From the NCBI RefSeq assembly GCF_006345805.1, contig NC_043012.1, forward strand, positions 35,092,001-35,156,000: 64,000 nt of DNA. The letters are read 5' to 3'. The DNA is from Octopus sinensis (taxonomy: Eukaryota). This document shows, piece after piece, positions 27,141-42,385 of the stretch (position 1 is its first letter; the number at the start of each line of letters is the position of its first letter). The translations under genes and the position numbers were made by a program. The notes under the pieces were generated by a model that saw only the letters and a list, made by a program, of their open reading frames with translations, was not told where the DNA came from and did no database searches.

Positions 27141-27920
27141 TGACAGATGATATATTGTATTCAAAATGATTGCCGTTGATGTCAAACCCCATATCAGCCT
27201 TCACCAAATTTACGTATAATCAGAGTCAGTCAAGGCATGGCCACCCACCTTGCGTGGTTACACAGTCTCTTATTTCTAGCAGGCCGAATGACCATGAAGA
27301 TGTTCTATTTGTGTTTAAAAGAATGTATATAGAGTGGTACATTGATATCTAATGGTATGTAAACTTTGGAATAATAATATATTTTGAAGAAATGAAACAC
27401 AGCCGACTTATAAGTTAAAGATGCTGGAAAAGTATGTATGTATATCAAAGTATGTATGTATATCAAGAATATATGTTATATGGCATTTGATATTCCTGTC
27501 TAAATTGTTCTAATACATGTCATTGGCCATTCTGGGTTATCTCTCTTGTCCCATTTTTGTTTAAACTATGAAAATTACCTAAGCCATAAAAAGGGGGGGT
27601 CTACTCTTTTTTGTATAAGTCCAAGTTCCTTGGTTACTGGAGATAAGGACGGTCAACTGGCCTGCTGATGACAGTTATTGGGCCACAAACACACGTCTAC
27701 GGCTTTCTTCTTATCTCGAAACAATTAACATTTCCGTTTCATTGATGTTGTCATATCAACTTTGGAGAATTTAGAATCTCCAGATTATCTCCCCTTCGCA
27801 AGTGGAGCTGATCTAAATTGCCATTTGGTATTTATGATGCAACAGTCAACAATTTATGTTTTATGGTATTTGATATTTCTTACTATCTTTCTTTCTTTCA
27901 TTCTTTTTCTTTGTGTGTGT

Positions 27921-28006
<86 letters not shown>

Positions 28007-28070
28007 TTGTGTGTATATATATATGTATATGTATATATATGTATAAATAAATATATATGTGTATATATAT

Positions 28071-28119
<49 letters not shown>

Positions 28120-28123
<4 letters not shown>

Positions 28124-29144
28124 TATAATTAGGGCTTAGTAAAATAAATTACTTTGCCACATACTGAACTTGCTAGAAATAGCAGCCAAAAAAGTTTTTT
28201 TGCCATTTCCACTACTTAAAGAAAATTTCTCTCAGATAATGTTTACTCAAAATAACTCACGAAGGTATGGAGGTAAAAACAGAAAAATATCACAAGTACA
28301 AAGATTATTTGAGAACGTTAACGTTTCTAGATTAGCCAAATAAACATTATCTGAGTAAACATTATCTGAGAGAAATTTTCTTTAAGTAGTGGAAATGGCA
28401 AAAAAAACTTTTTTGGCTGCTATTTCTAGCAAGTTCAGTATGTGGCAAAGTAATTTATGTTACTAAGCCCTAATTATATAATGTAATATTTTGAATTCGC
28501 CTTAAATGGTCCTTTTACATACTGAATACTTGGTGAAATTGATTAATAACTAATTAATTTTACCCTCAATTGTTGATATTATAATTCATTTCTCTCTGTC
28601 ATATTGCCTCGGTTCTCACCGTTAAAATATAATGTTTGCTAGATAACCCACGTGGGTGGAAGGGGAGAGCAGGGAATCTTCGCTTACACATTTTGAATTT
28701 GTTGGTACTGGCAGTCTGAACGGGTCATCTGAGGTGATAAGTCGCCAAAGGGTATGTTCTTTCTTTTTAGTGCTTCCAAATCCAAAATAAGAAATGTTGA
28801 GCTGACGAAAGAAATGCTGAGTTTATTTGGCTAATCTAGAAACGTTAACGTTCTCAAATAATCTTTGTACTTGTGATATTTTTCTGTTTTTACCTCCATA
28901 CCTTCGTGAGTTATTTTGAGTAAACATTATCTGAGAGAAATTTTCTTTAAGTAGTGGAAATGGCAAAAAAAACTTTTTTGGCTGCTATTTCTAACAAGTT
29001 CAGTATGTGGCAAAGTAATTTATTTTACTAAGCCCTAATTATATAATGTAATATTTTGAATTCGCCTTAAATGGTCCTTTTACATACTGAATACTTGGTG
29101 AAATTGATTAATAACTAATTAATTTTACCCTCAATTGTTGATAT
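28120..29144 (+). mobile_element. ORF-less Penelope-style unit: inverted 5' segment plus partial tandem (565-nt period), between (TA)n tracts
   Basis: 28353-28579 repeats directly at 28918-29144. 28120-28345 is the reverse complement of 28821-29047. Hammerhead-like motif at 28797-28857. Confidence 0.88.
28797..28857 (+). ncRNA. Type I hammerhead-like motif
   Basis: Stem I TTGAG/CTCAA, core CTGACGA, GAAA at 28839-42, palindromic stem III ACGTTAACGT, GUU site. Stem II (28809-28838) pairs poorly. Confidence 0.6.
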
Positions 29145-29196
29145 ATATATATATATATATATATACGCGAGAAAGAAGCAACAAGAATGGATAGGT

Positions 29197-29287
29197 TTTT
29201 AGTACGATCGTTTCATACAAGGACAGGTTTTATTAAAAGTTGCAAAGATTACAGCATATAAACGAGTCCCGTACTCATCAGCTAAAA
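29197..29287 (-). ncRNA. Type I hammerhead ribozyme, inverted copy of 33559-33649
   Basis: Reverse complement of the pLTR hammerhead. Confidence 0.8.
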
Positions 29288-32200
29288 TACATGTAAGTTC
29301 TCTAGACATCCTAGTGTTTGAGGCTATACTCATGAAGTAATGTAGATAATTAAACAGATTTCTAAAGTTCATTAAAGTTCATAAAGATGATGTACAGTCT
29401 TATCACAGAATTTTAAAAAAGTTTTGATAGCATCACAGAGAAGGTGACCTAATCCATATGAATTTCCATAGATATGATGAGGGATTATATACTCACAGAA
29501 GACAAATTTATCCATTGTTATTAGCATTACAGAGAGGGTGAATTAATCCTTTGTATATATGCACAGATTCCAATGGTGTAGATGTAAATTTCCAGAGAAA
29601 TGGAGATGAATTTCATATTCACAGGCGATAAATTTTACAATGGTTGAACACAATGAGGTAGGTACCAATCCTTGTTATATGATTAGGTGTTTGCCATATT
29701 AATCACATTACTGCTATTCACAAGAGGCTGTAGCTATTTAACTCTTAAAGGCTGAAGGCTTACTAGATCGGCCAAGAATAGAGAAGGGAATAGAAGAAAA
29801 GAGAGAAAATAGAGAAAATAATGGAGGAGGGAGCAAAAAGGGGGGGGGAAAGGGGGACTAAAAGAGAAGAGAAAAGGAAACAGAGAATAAGAAGAAGAAA
29901 AAGAAGAAAGAGAAAAGAGAAAGAAATAGGGAAAGAAGGGAAAAAAAGTAAATCTATCCTGGATACTGTTCTACCCCAAATAACCCCTCTTCTCCCCTTA
30001 AACCTATGGCTAAGTACCGACGAAGTTCTAAAATGGTTTAACTCTCTAACTAATACTAGTAGTCTGTCCTTTATTCAGTTCGATATTAATAGTTATTACT
30101 CTAGCATTCCCCTATCTTACTCAACAAATCACTAATATTTGCCATGAATCGCTCCCTCATAACTAGAGAAGAAATCAATATTGTGCTACTAGCTAGGAAG
30201 ACATTTATTGAATTTGAAGATAAATTATGGACTAGAGCAGATACACCAAATTTTTTTGATATACCAATGGGTTCCAGTGATTCGGCTGAGGTAACCAACC
30301 TAGTAGGCGCATATCTATTAAAATGCATAAGCAAGGATATCCCAGAAATACAGGGGGGTCTATATAGGGATGATGCTCTGTTTGTTATCCCTAGTAATAA
30401 TAAATCTGTTATAGAAAGGATTAGAAAGAAAATTAATAAGTTCTTTAAGGATTTCAACCTCAGTATAACGTATGAACCGGGCACTAAAATAGCTAATTTC
30501 CTAGATATTACCTAGACCTTAACTCCAAGCTACATTACCCATTTAGAAAGGAAGGCGAAGTCACGAATTACGTAAATAATTATCAAATCATCCCCCAAAT
30601 ATAATAGAATCTTTAGTAAGAAATATTTCATTAAGAATTTCAAAATTATCATCCAATAAGGATATATTTAACTCCCATTCTGAGCATTATAATGCGGCGT
30701 TAACTAAGGCTGGATACAACCAAAAGATTACATTCGTTGATAGGGAGAACTCACGTATTCCTAATAATGAAGTTATCAGTAATCACGTAAGCAGCAAAAA
30801 AGACCAAGCCCGAAATAAAAGTAGAATTAAATTAACGGTAAACGCTAATCTAGAGTACAGGCCCAACATTCAAATAGAAGCATTGACCAGAACATAGGTA
30901 ACTCGGATAAGATTGAAGTAGATAAACCTAAGATGCACACAAATAGAAAAATAAAAATAATGGTAATAAATACAATAACTCCGGTGAGATGAATAGTAGT
31001 AATTCTACGAACCCTAAATTTTATAAAAAAGATATATTATGGCTGAATATTCCTTTCAACTGTGCGATACAATCGGATATACAGAACAAATTCAAAGTGA
31101 TTCTGGAAAAAAATTTCCCTATCTCTCATAGATATCATAGAATTATTTCTAGGAAAACAGTTAGGATTTCTTATTCAACCCTCCCAAATATGTCCACTTT
31201 AATAGCTAAAATTAATAATAACAACATTAAACTAGCCAGGAAAGATAGAAATAAAAATAATAATATCAGAATGAATACCAATAGCAATAACAATAATACT
31301 ACCAACAATAAAAACAGCAATAGGAACTATCAAAACATAGGTGAAATTAGTAACCACAGATGACTAATAACATTAACATTAATAGTAATAATAACAATGC
31401 CGATATTAATAGAAGTAATATTGTTAATAATAGAAATAATAGAAATAAGGCTAATGGAGAAAATAAGGAGAATGAAAATATCAGTGATATCTATAACAAT
31501 AATATACAGTTGGATAAAAAGACTAACAATAATAATAACATTACGAATAATATAAGAAATCTTGGTAGGACTTTACACCTAAATGATGAAACGGAAGGAT
31601 CAATAAATAATAAAATACTTTAGATATCAGTACCAACTAAGAAATGATAATCAAAATAATAGGAACCTTAAACATCTACCCAGGAATAATCCAAGGCCTG
31701 AAGTTGTTCCTCCTGTGTGTAAGTGTAGAATAAAATCAAAATGCCCGGCACCTGGTCTATGTAGGGAAAATAATGTAATCTATAAATGTACCATATCCAC
31801 GGAGAATAACAAATATTTTTACATTGGCTGTACAATTAATTTTTTAGCCAGAGTTAGAAATCACATCTCGACTTTTAAATTACGTCATAAAGCTGGTACC
31901 ACCACACTTTCAAACAAAATCTGGGAACTCAAAAATAATAACAAAAATTATATCCTTAATTGGGAAATAGTTAGGAGAGCAATTCCGTATAAAAATAGTA
32001 GGGTTGGTTGTCAACTATGCTCCATGGAGACGTACGAAATTCTAAAGCATAGTAAACATAGAAACCTATTGAATAACCATATCGAACTAGGTCAAGTTTG
32101 TGTCCACGCTAAATTGAAGACTTTAAAATATTTTAAATGATTGGAATATTCATAACTAGATAGATAGATATAACTTGATTTCTACTAGTATAGCACTGCT

Positions 32201-33558
32201 TTAAGTAGATAACTAAGAGTTCTCACATTACAGTTATCTTTATCTTTTTCCTTATATCTGCATCAGTTTTTTGAGAACAGGGAAATGAATAGTACTTATT
32301 CGCTACTTAATTGAGGCTTTATTTAATTTCAAACTCACAATTTTTAAATTCTTAATTTTAAATCTTAATTGTAATATTTAATTTTAATTCCTAACTTAAT
32401 CTAATTTAAATAGCATAACTCTAATAAATTATAATTAGTTACTGTAGCCCCATAATTCTATTTCATAATTAAATAAATAAGGCTATTCCCTCGGTGATAA
32501 TATGATTATCTTCATTATGATAGACAATCCCCTAACACCTTGTAAATGATCTTATAAGATTTGACCTGTAGTCAGTCAATGTATGAATAATAACGACAAC
32601 TCCTTAAGACAATAAAATGAATAAATTAAATAAGTAAATTTTTAATGACTTTTTGATAAGATTATACTTAGATTTTCCTAATGTATTTTCTGGTGATTTT
32701 AGCATCTGACCCCTTAACCCCTGACTGTGTTATCTCTTTAGATTCTCTTTAAACTCATAGCTGATTTCAACAGCAATAAATTAACGGTTTACTGGTCAAA
32801 GAATAATATTCCCTCTAGTTCCTAGATGCCTGTTGATTAAAACCAGACTTACAGTACTAGCTCTTCTGTATAACTAGAACCCTCTTTTTTCTTTTTCTTT
32901 TTTTCCCTTCTTTCCCTATTCTTTCTCTTTTCTCTTTCTTCTTTTCTTCTTCTTATTCTCTGTTTCCTTTTCTTTCTCTTTTAGTCCCCCTTTCCCCCCC
33001 CCCCTTTTTGCTCCCTCCTCCATTATTTTCTCTATTTTCTCTCTTTTCTTCTATTCCCTTCTCTATTCTTGGCCGATCTAGTAAGCCCTTCAGCCTTTAA
33101 GAGTTAAATAGCTACAGCCTCTTGTGAATAGCAGTAATGTGATTAATATGGCAAACACCTAATCATATAACAAGGATTGGTACCTACCTCATTGTGTTCA
33201 ACCATTGTAAAATTTATCGCCTGTGAATATGAAATTCATCTCCATTTCTCTGGAAATTTACATCTACACCATTGGAATCTGTGCATATATACAAAGGATT
33301 AATTCACCCTCTCTGTAATGCTAATAACAATGGATAAATTTGTCTTCTGTGAGTATATAATCCCTCATCATATCTATGGAAATTCATATGGATTAGGTCA
33401 CCTTCTCTGTGATGCTATCAAAACTTTTTTAAAATTCTGTGATAAGACTGTACATCATCTTTAATGAACTTTAATGAACTTTAGAAATCTGTTTAATTAT
33501 CTACATTACTTCATGAGTATAGCCTCAAACACTAGGATGTCTAGAGAACTTACATGTA

Positions 33559-33649
33559 TTTTAGCTGATGAGTACGGGACTCGTTTATATGCTGTAATCT
33601 TTGCAACTTTTAATAAAACCTGTCCTTGTATGAAACGATCGTACTAAAA
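33559..33649 (+). ncRNA. Type I hammerhead ribozyme with long stem II
   Basis: Stem I TTTTAG/CTAAAA, core CTGATGA (33565-71), stem II GTACGGGAC...GTCCTTGTAT enclosing about 41 nt, GAAA, palindromic stem III ACGATCGT, GUA site at 33641-43. Confidence 0.82.
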
Positions 33650-33842
33650 ACCTATCCATTCTTGTTGCTTCTTTCTCGCTTATAATCACCCCACATTACT
33701 GTATTGTTAAATCAGTATAGTTTTTTTTTGGTACATCTAAGTTAGGTACCATATTCAAGTAAATTTTTTTTAAAATTAACTTGAATCTTTATTGCTCTTT
33801 GTATTATATATATATATATGAATGATATATATATATATATGA

Positions 33843-34484
<642 letters not shown>

Positions 34485-34508
34485 TGATTATTATTATTAT
34501 TATTATTA

Positions 34509-35756
<1,248 letters not shown>

Positions 35757-35762
35757 AATAAA
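35757..35762 (+). terminator. Possible AATAAA polyadenylation signal directly after the stop codon
   Basis: Hexamer present, but AT-rich context makes a chance match likely. Confidence 0.25.
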
Positions 35763-36124
35763 TGAAAAAGAAAAGCAAACGTATTTTTGTAATTGGTAAG
35801 TATTGTAATGGCAAAGATTCTATATTAAATGTGGAGTGAGGAGTACACTCTTTGTGAAATCCTGAAGAGAATTGAAAGAAGCTAGAAAGAGGGGAGTGTG
35901 ATAGATGAAGTGAGGGACTTAAAGAGAGAGGGAAAGGCAATGCTTAGCAGGATATACATGAATTAGAATGCGAAACTGAAACCCTTTTCGCTATTTAGTT
36001 CTGTTCATCTTAGGTCTGAGTTCAAATCCCACCTGGAACAATATTTTCTTTTTATCTCTCCAATGTCGATGTAAGTAAATGCTACAGGGCTACACAGAGA
36101 CCAATTTACGATACCTCACGATAT

Positions 36125-36338
36125 AAGGCGGCGAGCTGGCAGAATCGTTAGCACGCCGGGCGAAATGCTTTTTGGTATTTCGACTGCCGCTACATTCTGA
36201 GTTCAAATTCCGCCGAGGTCGACTTTGCCTTTCATCCCTTCGGGATCGATTAAATAAATACCAGTTTCGACTTAATCCGTTTGTCTGTCCTTGTTTGTCC
36301 TCTCTATGTTTAGCCTCTTGTGGGCAATAAAGAAATAA
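36125..36338 (+). mobile_element. Main tRNA-derived SINE
   Basis: ggcggcgagctggcagaatcgttagcacgccgggcgaaatg...gagttcaaattccgccgaggtcgac...aataaagaaata. Confidence 0.92.
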
Positions 36339-36457
36339 GAATCTACGATACCTACCCTGCAAATTTGTGGACTTGTACTATGTGAGAAGTCATTATGTAC
36401 GTCCATAAAGGAAGTGCAAAAGTTGGAATTTGGTCGAGATTATAAACGAGATCATGC

Positions 36458-36640
36458 GCTGTTTATCTTGATATGAGATCACCATGTCGCGCACATATAG
36501 TTGTGATGCATGTGCCTAGTGTAATCCTATCAGATGGGTATATCCGTATATTTTACCCCAGTGTCATTTTGACGGCATGCACTGCTCTCTCACTCAATAA
36601 TAATAATAATAATAATGATAATAATAATAATAATAATATT
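36458..36640 (+). mobile_element. 3' end of an (AAT)n-tailed retroposon (longer inverted copy at 43143-43683)
   Basis: gctgtttatcttgatatgagatcaccatgtcgcgcac...ctctctcactcaataataat. Confidence 0.8.
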
Positions 36641-36688
36641 ATAGAAAAATACCTTAGGAATGAGAACCCAGGTTCGAAATTTCCCCAA

Positions 36689-36734
36689 GACACCTGATGA
36701 AGGTTAGAGGGTATATCAGTCGAAACGTTGTGTT
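36689..36734 (+). ncRNA. Minimal type I hammerhead-like motif in a Penelope-type pLTR fragment
   Basis: GACAC-CTGATGA-A-ggtt...agtc-GAAA-CGT-T-GTGTT: core with an extra A, stem III ACGT, GUU site, stem II with wobbles. Confidence 0.6.
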
Positions 36735-37363
36735 AACAACAAACAAGATGAGGACAAATATTCATCAAATGTAAATAATGTAAATAATGTACATAATTGC
36801 TCATCTCTTAAGCATAGGTTGTAGAGAGAGCGCATATTTATCCTCTAAACTAAATTTCTTAGTTTTCTAATGCAATCTATTTATTATTATTATTTATCTA
36901 TTTATCTATTTATGATTTTTGATAATTTTCAAAATATTTTTCAATATGTTTTTTTCTTTTACTTTCAGTTATTGTGAAAATGAATTTGTATATAAACACT
37001 CCGACATTAAGCTGGGTTTCTCATGCATCGAACCATCCAGTGTCAAAAGCTCAATATGAATTCTGTGTCAGTACATTGTTTAACATGTTCTCAAATTTTA
37101 TATCTTCCAGCGGTCATCTTTCTCAGCTGTTCTTCCATTGTTGAAACCACTATTATTTTGTTCCTGAGTTCCCTTCTGGGGAACAAAAAGTATTTTGTTA
37201 TTATTCAATGGTCCAGTTTTATATTCCCATTTGGGATCTCTTCATAATCAATACTAATTTCCATATTCCAATTCTAATCATAAATGTCACAAAAGGTGTT
37301 AGCTTTATCTAAATAATAATAATGATAATGATAACGATGATTATGATGATGATGATGATGATG

Positions 37364-37421
<58 letters not shown>

Positions 37422-37422
<1 letters not shown>

Positions 37423-37770
37423 CAGCAGATGTCAACGTGTCTCTAAAAGAAATGGAGAAACTTTCAAAATACAAAGACCTGGAAATAGAGGTAACTAGAA
37501 TGTGGAATCTAAAAACAGAAACAATTCCTATCATAGTAGGCGCATTAGGTATGATAAAAAAATATTCAGACAAATACATAACAAAAACGCCAGGACTTAC
37601 AAACACATATAACATACAGAAAATCGCACTACTAGGCACTGCACACATCCTACGCAGAACACTTTCAATACAGTAGCCATCAGAGCATCACAACAAATCA
37701 CAGCACATACCCAAGGCACACAGAGCTGCGCTCGGTAGTGAAGTGAAAGCACACTATAAAAATAAAACTA

Positions 37771-37775
<5 letters not shown>
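37422..37775 (+). mobile_element. R4/Dong-clade LINE 3' end inside (AAT)n
   Basis: KEMEKLSKYKDLEIEVTRMWNLKTETIPIIVGALG...IQKIALLGTAHILRRTL*, with AAT arrays on both sides. Confidence 0.9.
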
Positions 37776-37829
<54 letters not shown>

Positions 37830-37831
<2 letters not shown>

Positions 37832-40800
37832 TTTTTCTTTACTGGCCACAAGCGCAACAAAAACATTTAGGATAAGTCAAAAACAAAGGACAGATTTACA
37901 TATGCACGTATAAACAAAATAAACAAAAGTAATTAACAAGAGTATTATAATAACAAAATTCCCAAATAGGGGGTAGTACCACCCAACAGTAACAAAAAAT
38001 CCGACAGATTCTGGATTACCCCAGCTGCCAAGTGCTCCTCTCTTATCAATTCAATCCATTCTTAAAGGTGCAAGCTTAGGGTAGGCCCATTCATCGGAGC
38101 CATCATCACCATATTAACCCACGTATCAAGAAATTTTTGGAGAGCAGCGCCTTCCTTTCAAACCTCACCTTGCTTTACAAATGGAACTTAGAAGAGTCGA
38201 CGGCCGGAGAGGAAAGTATCTGCAGTCAGTAATTTCAGTCTAGTTCACCATACAACATCTCTCACTATAGTCACTAGGCCGAGGAATACTGTTATCCCTT
38301 CTCAGCCAAAGGAAGGCAGTGGAGTAATCTTCACAATGGTGTCGGCTGATAGCCAGACCCTTCTTACTCGCACTCCACAAGTCAGTAATGTTAGTACACT
38401 ACGAGCGCGTGCATCTTGGGCAAGCCCGGTGGACGACACCGCCATGCCTATAGAGTTTATCCTGAAACAGTAATATCTCTCACCACACCCGGCAGCATTG
38501 CCGGATCAAGGATTTCTAGAAATTATCCATAGGCCCTTGATCGAAAGTCCTCCGTAACAAAGAAACCAGTTTACTTCCGGCGACGTCCAAAGTCTTCCTT
38601 GAATACGTAGTCGCTCTCGCTTATCACTAATCCTATACAGAAACTTATGGTGAAGCTTCCAACGACCACATTGTTCGACTGGCAGAAAACGGCGAGCCTC
38701 TGACGATACTTTAGGTGCAACTTTGTCAAAGTGAGTCTAATAAAGGTAACCACACCTACACGTCGCCAAGGAAGCGCAAGAAATGTCGCAACCTCAGACA
38801 TGTCTGCATCTCATTATCCACTGCATGCTCAGCCCTCAAAGCAGCAGGTGTTGACAGCGAACGGAGTGTCTGTCCACCAGAATCCGTCCCTTCCATAGAA
38901 AGTGGAAGAGTTGACACTCCAGTCGGGTCATCAACGGAGCCGAGCATGACACAATAGCCAGGTAGTAGCAGGTGATAGATGCAATGTAGGCGTTCTCCAC
39001 CCCGCCCTACCGTTCAGGGTGAAATTGGTGACACTGCTCGCCATTTCGAACCAGTTCTTGTCCACCTAGAGATCTGAACCAAATCAGACACCGAATAATG
39101 CAACTCGTCAGTAACCCCAGGTAGCATGACTCTCTGGGTGCCGAGCTGTAGGCTCATTGACTGTTCCTGGTTAATTTTTTATGTTAATTTTTTGCTCAGA
39201 AAAGTGCCGATCTGTCCGAACATTTTTAAGGTGACAACATGAAATACGTATATCTGTGCCAATCTTTTGGCTACTACCTTGGCCAAAATCTTAAATTCTG
39301 CATTTTGCAGTGTTACTGGCCTGAGTTTGTCAAAATCAACTCCCTTGTTCGGGTCCTTTCTCTGTAGCACTACTTACACCTCGTTTCGCGGAATTGGGAA
39401 ATTTTCCATTCTGCTGCCAGTTGCAGTAGACACCTGCCAAGAGACCGCCGAGTAAGATGGCATACTTGGTGACTTATCACTTGTGCAGCCATCCATCGCT
39501 TCCAGTATGTCATCAGCTGTTATCGACCTTTCGCAGAACTTTGCATCTAGTCGTGACCTGCGGTAGGTCATTGAAATAAGTGGTAAGGTCCACTCCATCT
39601 CTGACCGCCCTAAACAGTTTAGCTAAATGACACTGGAAAGCTGCACACATCTGCTCGGAACGAAGTACCATGCGCTTTTACTGATCCGTCAAAGACTGAA
39701 TTGTGGTTTTTGTTGCCACGTTGTGCTTCTGCCTTCCGGAACCATCGAACGGCTTTCGTTCCCTCATACCTTATAGTGTGCACCCTTGTGCCCTGACAGC
39801 ACAACCTTCGTGGTTAGCATTGAAGACTTGGTCAAGAGTCAATCTTGCCGTCAGCACGTCAGTGGCAAAGCCTTTCCTTGGTACCTCCTCTGGGATACTA
39901 ACTAGCTTTTCCTCTACTCTATCACTATTTCTTTACTAAACCATATTAATTTTCATCTAAGGTTGAGCTGACCACCATCGGTTATTGACGAATGCCTCTT
40001 AACTTCTTCTTAATTTATTCTCTACTTGGCATGCCTGGAAAGACGCTTTCTGTTTCCAATAATCAGGCCCCGGTCTATTCTGCTTGTCAAGGTCGATAGT
40101 ACAGATAAAAATGTGTGTAGCCGACCACTTTGAATTGTGGACAACCTATACTGTCCCTGTTTGCCCGTGTTCACATTTGGGCATTCGGGTAATCTAGGCA
40201 CTACCTGTCAAACATTTGGAAACGTATGAACAGGTTTGTGATGCTTTTGCACCCAACTCTCTTATCAGTGAACACCACACAATCCAAACGTGCATCCAAG
40301 ATATCGTTCCAGTTGTCCATTAACGCTAAAGCATTCTGACGTTCCGAGGAAAATCTCCAGACTCCTAAAGAAATCTGGTTGCCCTGACAAAGTCATAGAC
40401 AGCCGCTAGTCTGAAGGCGCCCCTTCGTTACATTTCACATCCAGGATAATCAGTTTCCTTCTCGGGCCCAGGAAGATAGACTGCTTCTCGAGATTCAAGG
40501 TCTTTCTAAAACAACGCTGTCAATCTGCCTCCCATCCCAGGTCCCTTACAGATGCGTAGATATCAATCATCAAAAATGGACGCTACGGCATGTGTACTTG
40601 AACATCCTAGTATCACTTATGACTTGAGATCATTGAGCAGGTGACCCTGATTCCAGATTGACTGATGAACGCGCATTTATGCAACCTACTTTTAAAGCTG
40701 TTTTGTTGGTAGAAGGAAAGGACAAAGAAAAACAGGTCATCTAACTTAAAGATGTTTCTTTAGGCAATCGGTTATATAAAAAATCCCTTCACCGTTTAGG

Positions 40801-42385
40801 GTTTTGCGGGGAGCCTTCGAAGTTGTCTGCTCTTGACCGTGACGCTGGAGTTTCCAATGTCATTTGGAAAACTTGCTCATTTTCTTATATCTGTCTACTG
40901 GCAGCCTTACAAATTTCAAGTTCTCTGGGATTTCCTCTGCGCTTTTATTGTAGGCCCTCCCCATTATCCTATGTCTCCCCTTTGTACTGTTGAATGTGGC
41001 TGCAATTTGTTGCTGCTTTCGTTCTGATCGTTGTTGGGATTATGCAGACGATAGTTTTTCTCTTGTATTTTCGTTTTGTTATATTTTCTTTTAGTTGCTA
41101 TGAGTAGAGGTGATGGTGTTGCTGGTGTTTTTGTTATTGTTGTTGCAGATATAGCGTTAAATGGGAGAGATGTGGAGTTGGTGTTGTTTTATGTTTTGTA
41201 TAACTTCATTAATGTTTTTAACGATTTTTTTACCCTTTCTTTTATGTTCTTTTTTTTCTTTTTCGGTTTACCCTTTCTTGCCCTCTCTCCTCATCAGAAA
41301 TATGGTCAGGAAGATCCAACGTAGGCGAATGCAAGCGCATGTTTTCTTGTGTGTGTATGTCCGTCCGTTCAGCGCGCAACGGCGCTGTTGGACGGCATGG
41401 ACTTGCCTCTCCAGGTGCCGAGCTGCATGCCCACCGACTTTTCCACGTTAAGTTTTGCTCCCGTCAACTTTTCATATTCTTCCAATGATGTGTCGATCAC
41501 CTAAAATACAATTCCAGTCGCCCACTAATGTTCACGAGCGCGATATTCTTAGAGACGCCTCATGACGTCTGAAGACTTCGTTCTTCTTTTACCTATCCAA
41601 GTACAAACAGCCACTTGTCTGAAAGCACTATACCGCTATTGATGTGCACGTCTACGACCACCAGTCGTCCTTACCTCTATATCCGTACCTTTCCGATATT
41701 GTACTGTCTCATCTCTCAAATTGGACGAGCGAAAGAAGTGTGGATCTCGTTGTCTGTCAGAAGGAGAGCAAGCTAGTTCTTGGAGATCCTATCCCCGTTG
41801 ATGGTTACCACATCTAGATTTTGTAACCAAATATAATACAACAGTTTTTTCAGCTTCCATACCGACTTCAGACCACGTGAGTTTAGGATCTCATGCTGTT
41901 GATACTGTGGAGACTGTTGATATTGTGGATAGTTTTGATGAAATTGTTGACGAGGCGGCTGGTTCATTTGTTTTGCCACGCTCTTTTATTTTAGTGAAAT
42001 TTCAGCCTGCTAGATGTTCAGACTGCGAATGCATGGCTCATCAACCTTGGCCACATCTCTATTTTCTGCTGAATCTCATGACTCTATTCCCGAGCCTTTT
42101 CTTATACATCAATGTTTGCACGAATGTCGCTTTGTTTAGGATGGCACTTCAACTTGATCTCCTTGGATACTTGTTGTTGTTGTGACCTCTGCTTTTTCTT
42201 CGACTGTTATTGCTGTTGTTATTGCTACTGTGTATTTTGTTTTAGCTGTGGTCGAGGTATTGATATTATCAAGGCATATCCGCCACCTTTCTTTTCTCTC
42301 GCATGGCGCAGAAAGCTCTTATGCATGTGTAGCATTTGCGCTTCCAAGGCATTTCTCACATAACACGCAGTAAAACTAATGCTAC
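37830..42385 (-). mobile_element. Decayed, rearranged L1/Tx1-clade LINE
   Basis: APE motif GDWNCIL (~41505-41525). RT motif RPVTLQNAEFKILAKVVAKRL (ORF 39179-39370). GAKLNVEKSVGMQLGTWRG (~41400-41460) and GV*FGSDL*VDKNW (~39050-39100). 3' UTR ends at an (ATT)n tail at 37830. Confidence 0.8.

Larger units (their letters stand above)
29167..33679 (+). mobile_element. 5'-truncated Penelope-like element with inverted pLTR copy (about 780-bp terminal inverted repeats)
   Basis: RT motifs FIQFDINSYYSSI, FDIPMGSSDSAEVTNLVG, GLYRDDAL, NFLDITL, ILWLNIPFN. GIY-YIG VIYKCTI...YFYIGCT...RVRNH...LSNKIW...CQLC (31715-32140). 29167-~29947 is the reverse complement of ~32895-33679. Frameshifted. Confidence 0.95.

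Noticed and set aside
29821-30135. Chimeric ORF with a basic N-terminus fused to the RT fragment
   Set aside because: The N-terminus is the purine tract of the inverted pLTR and the ORF stops after 104 aa; most likely incidental.
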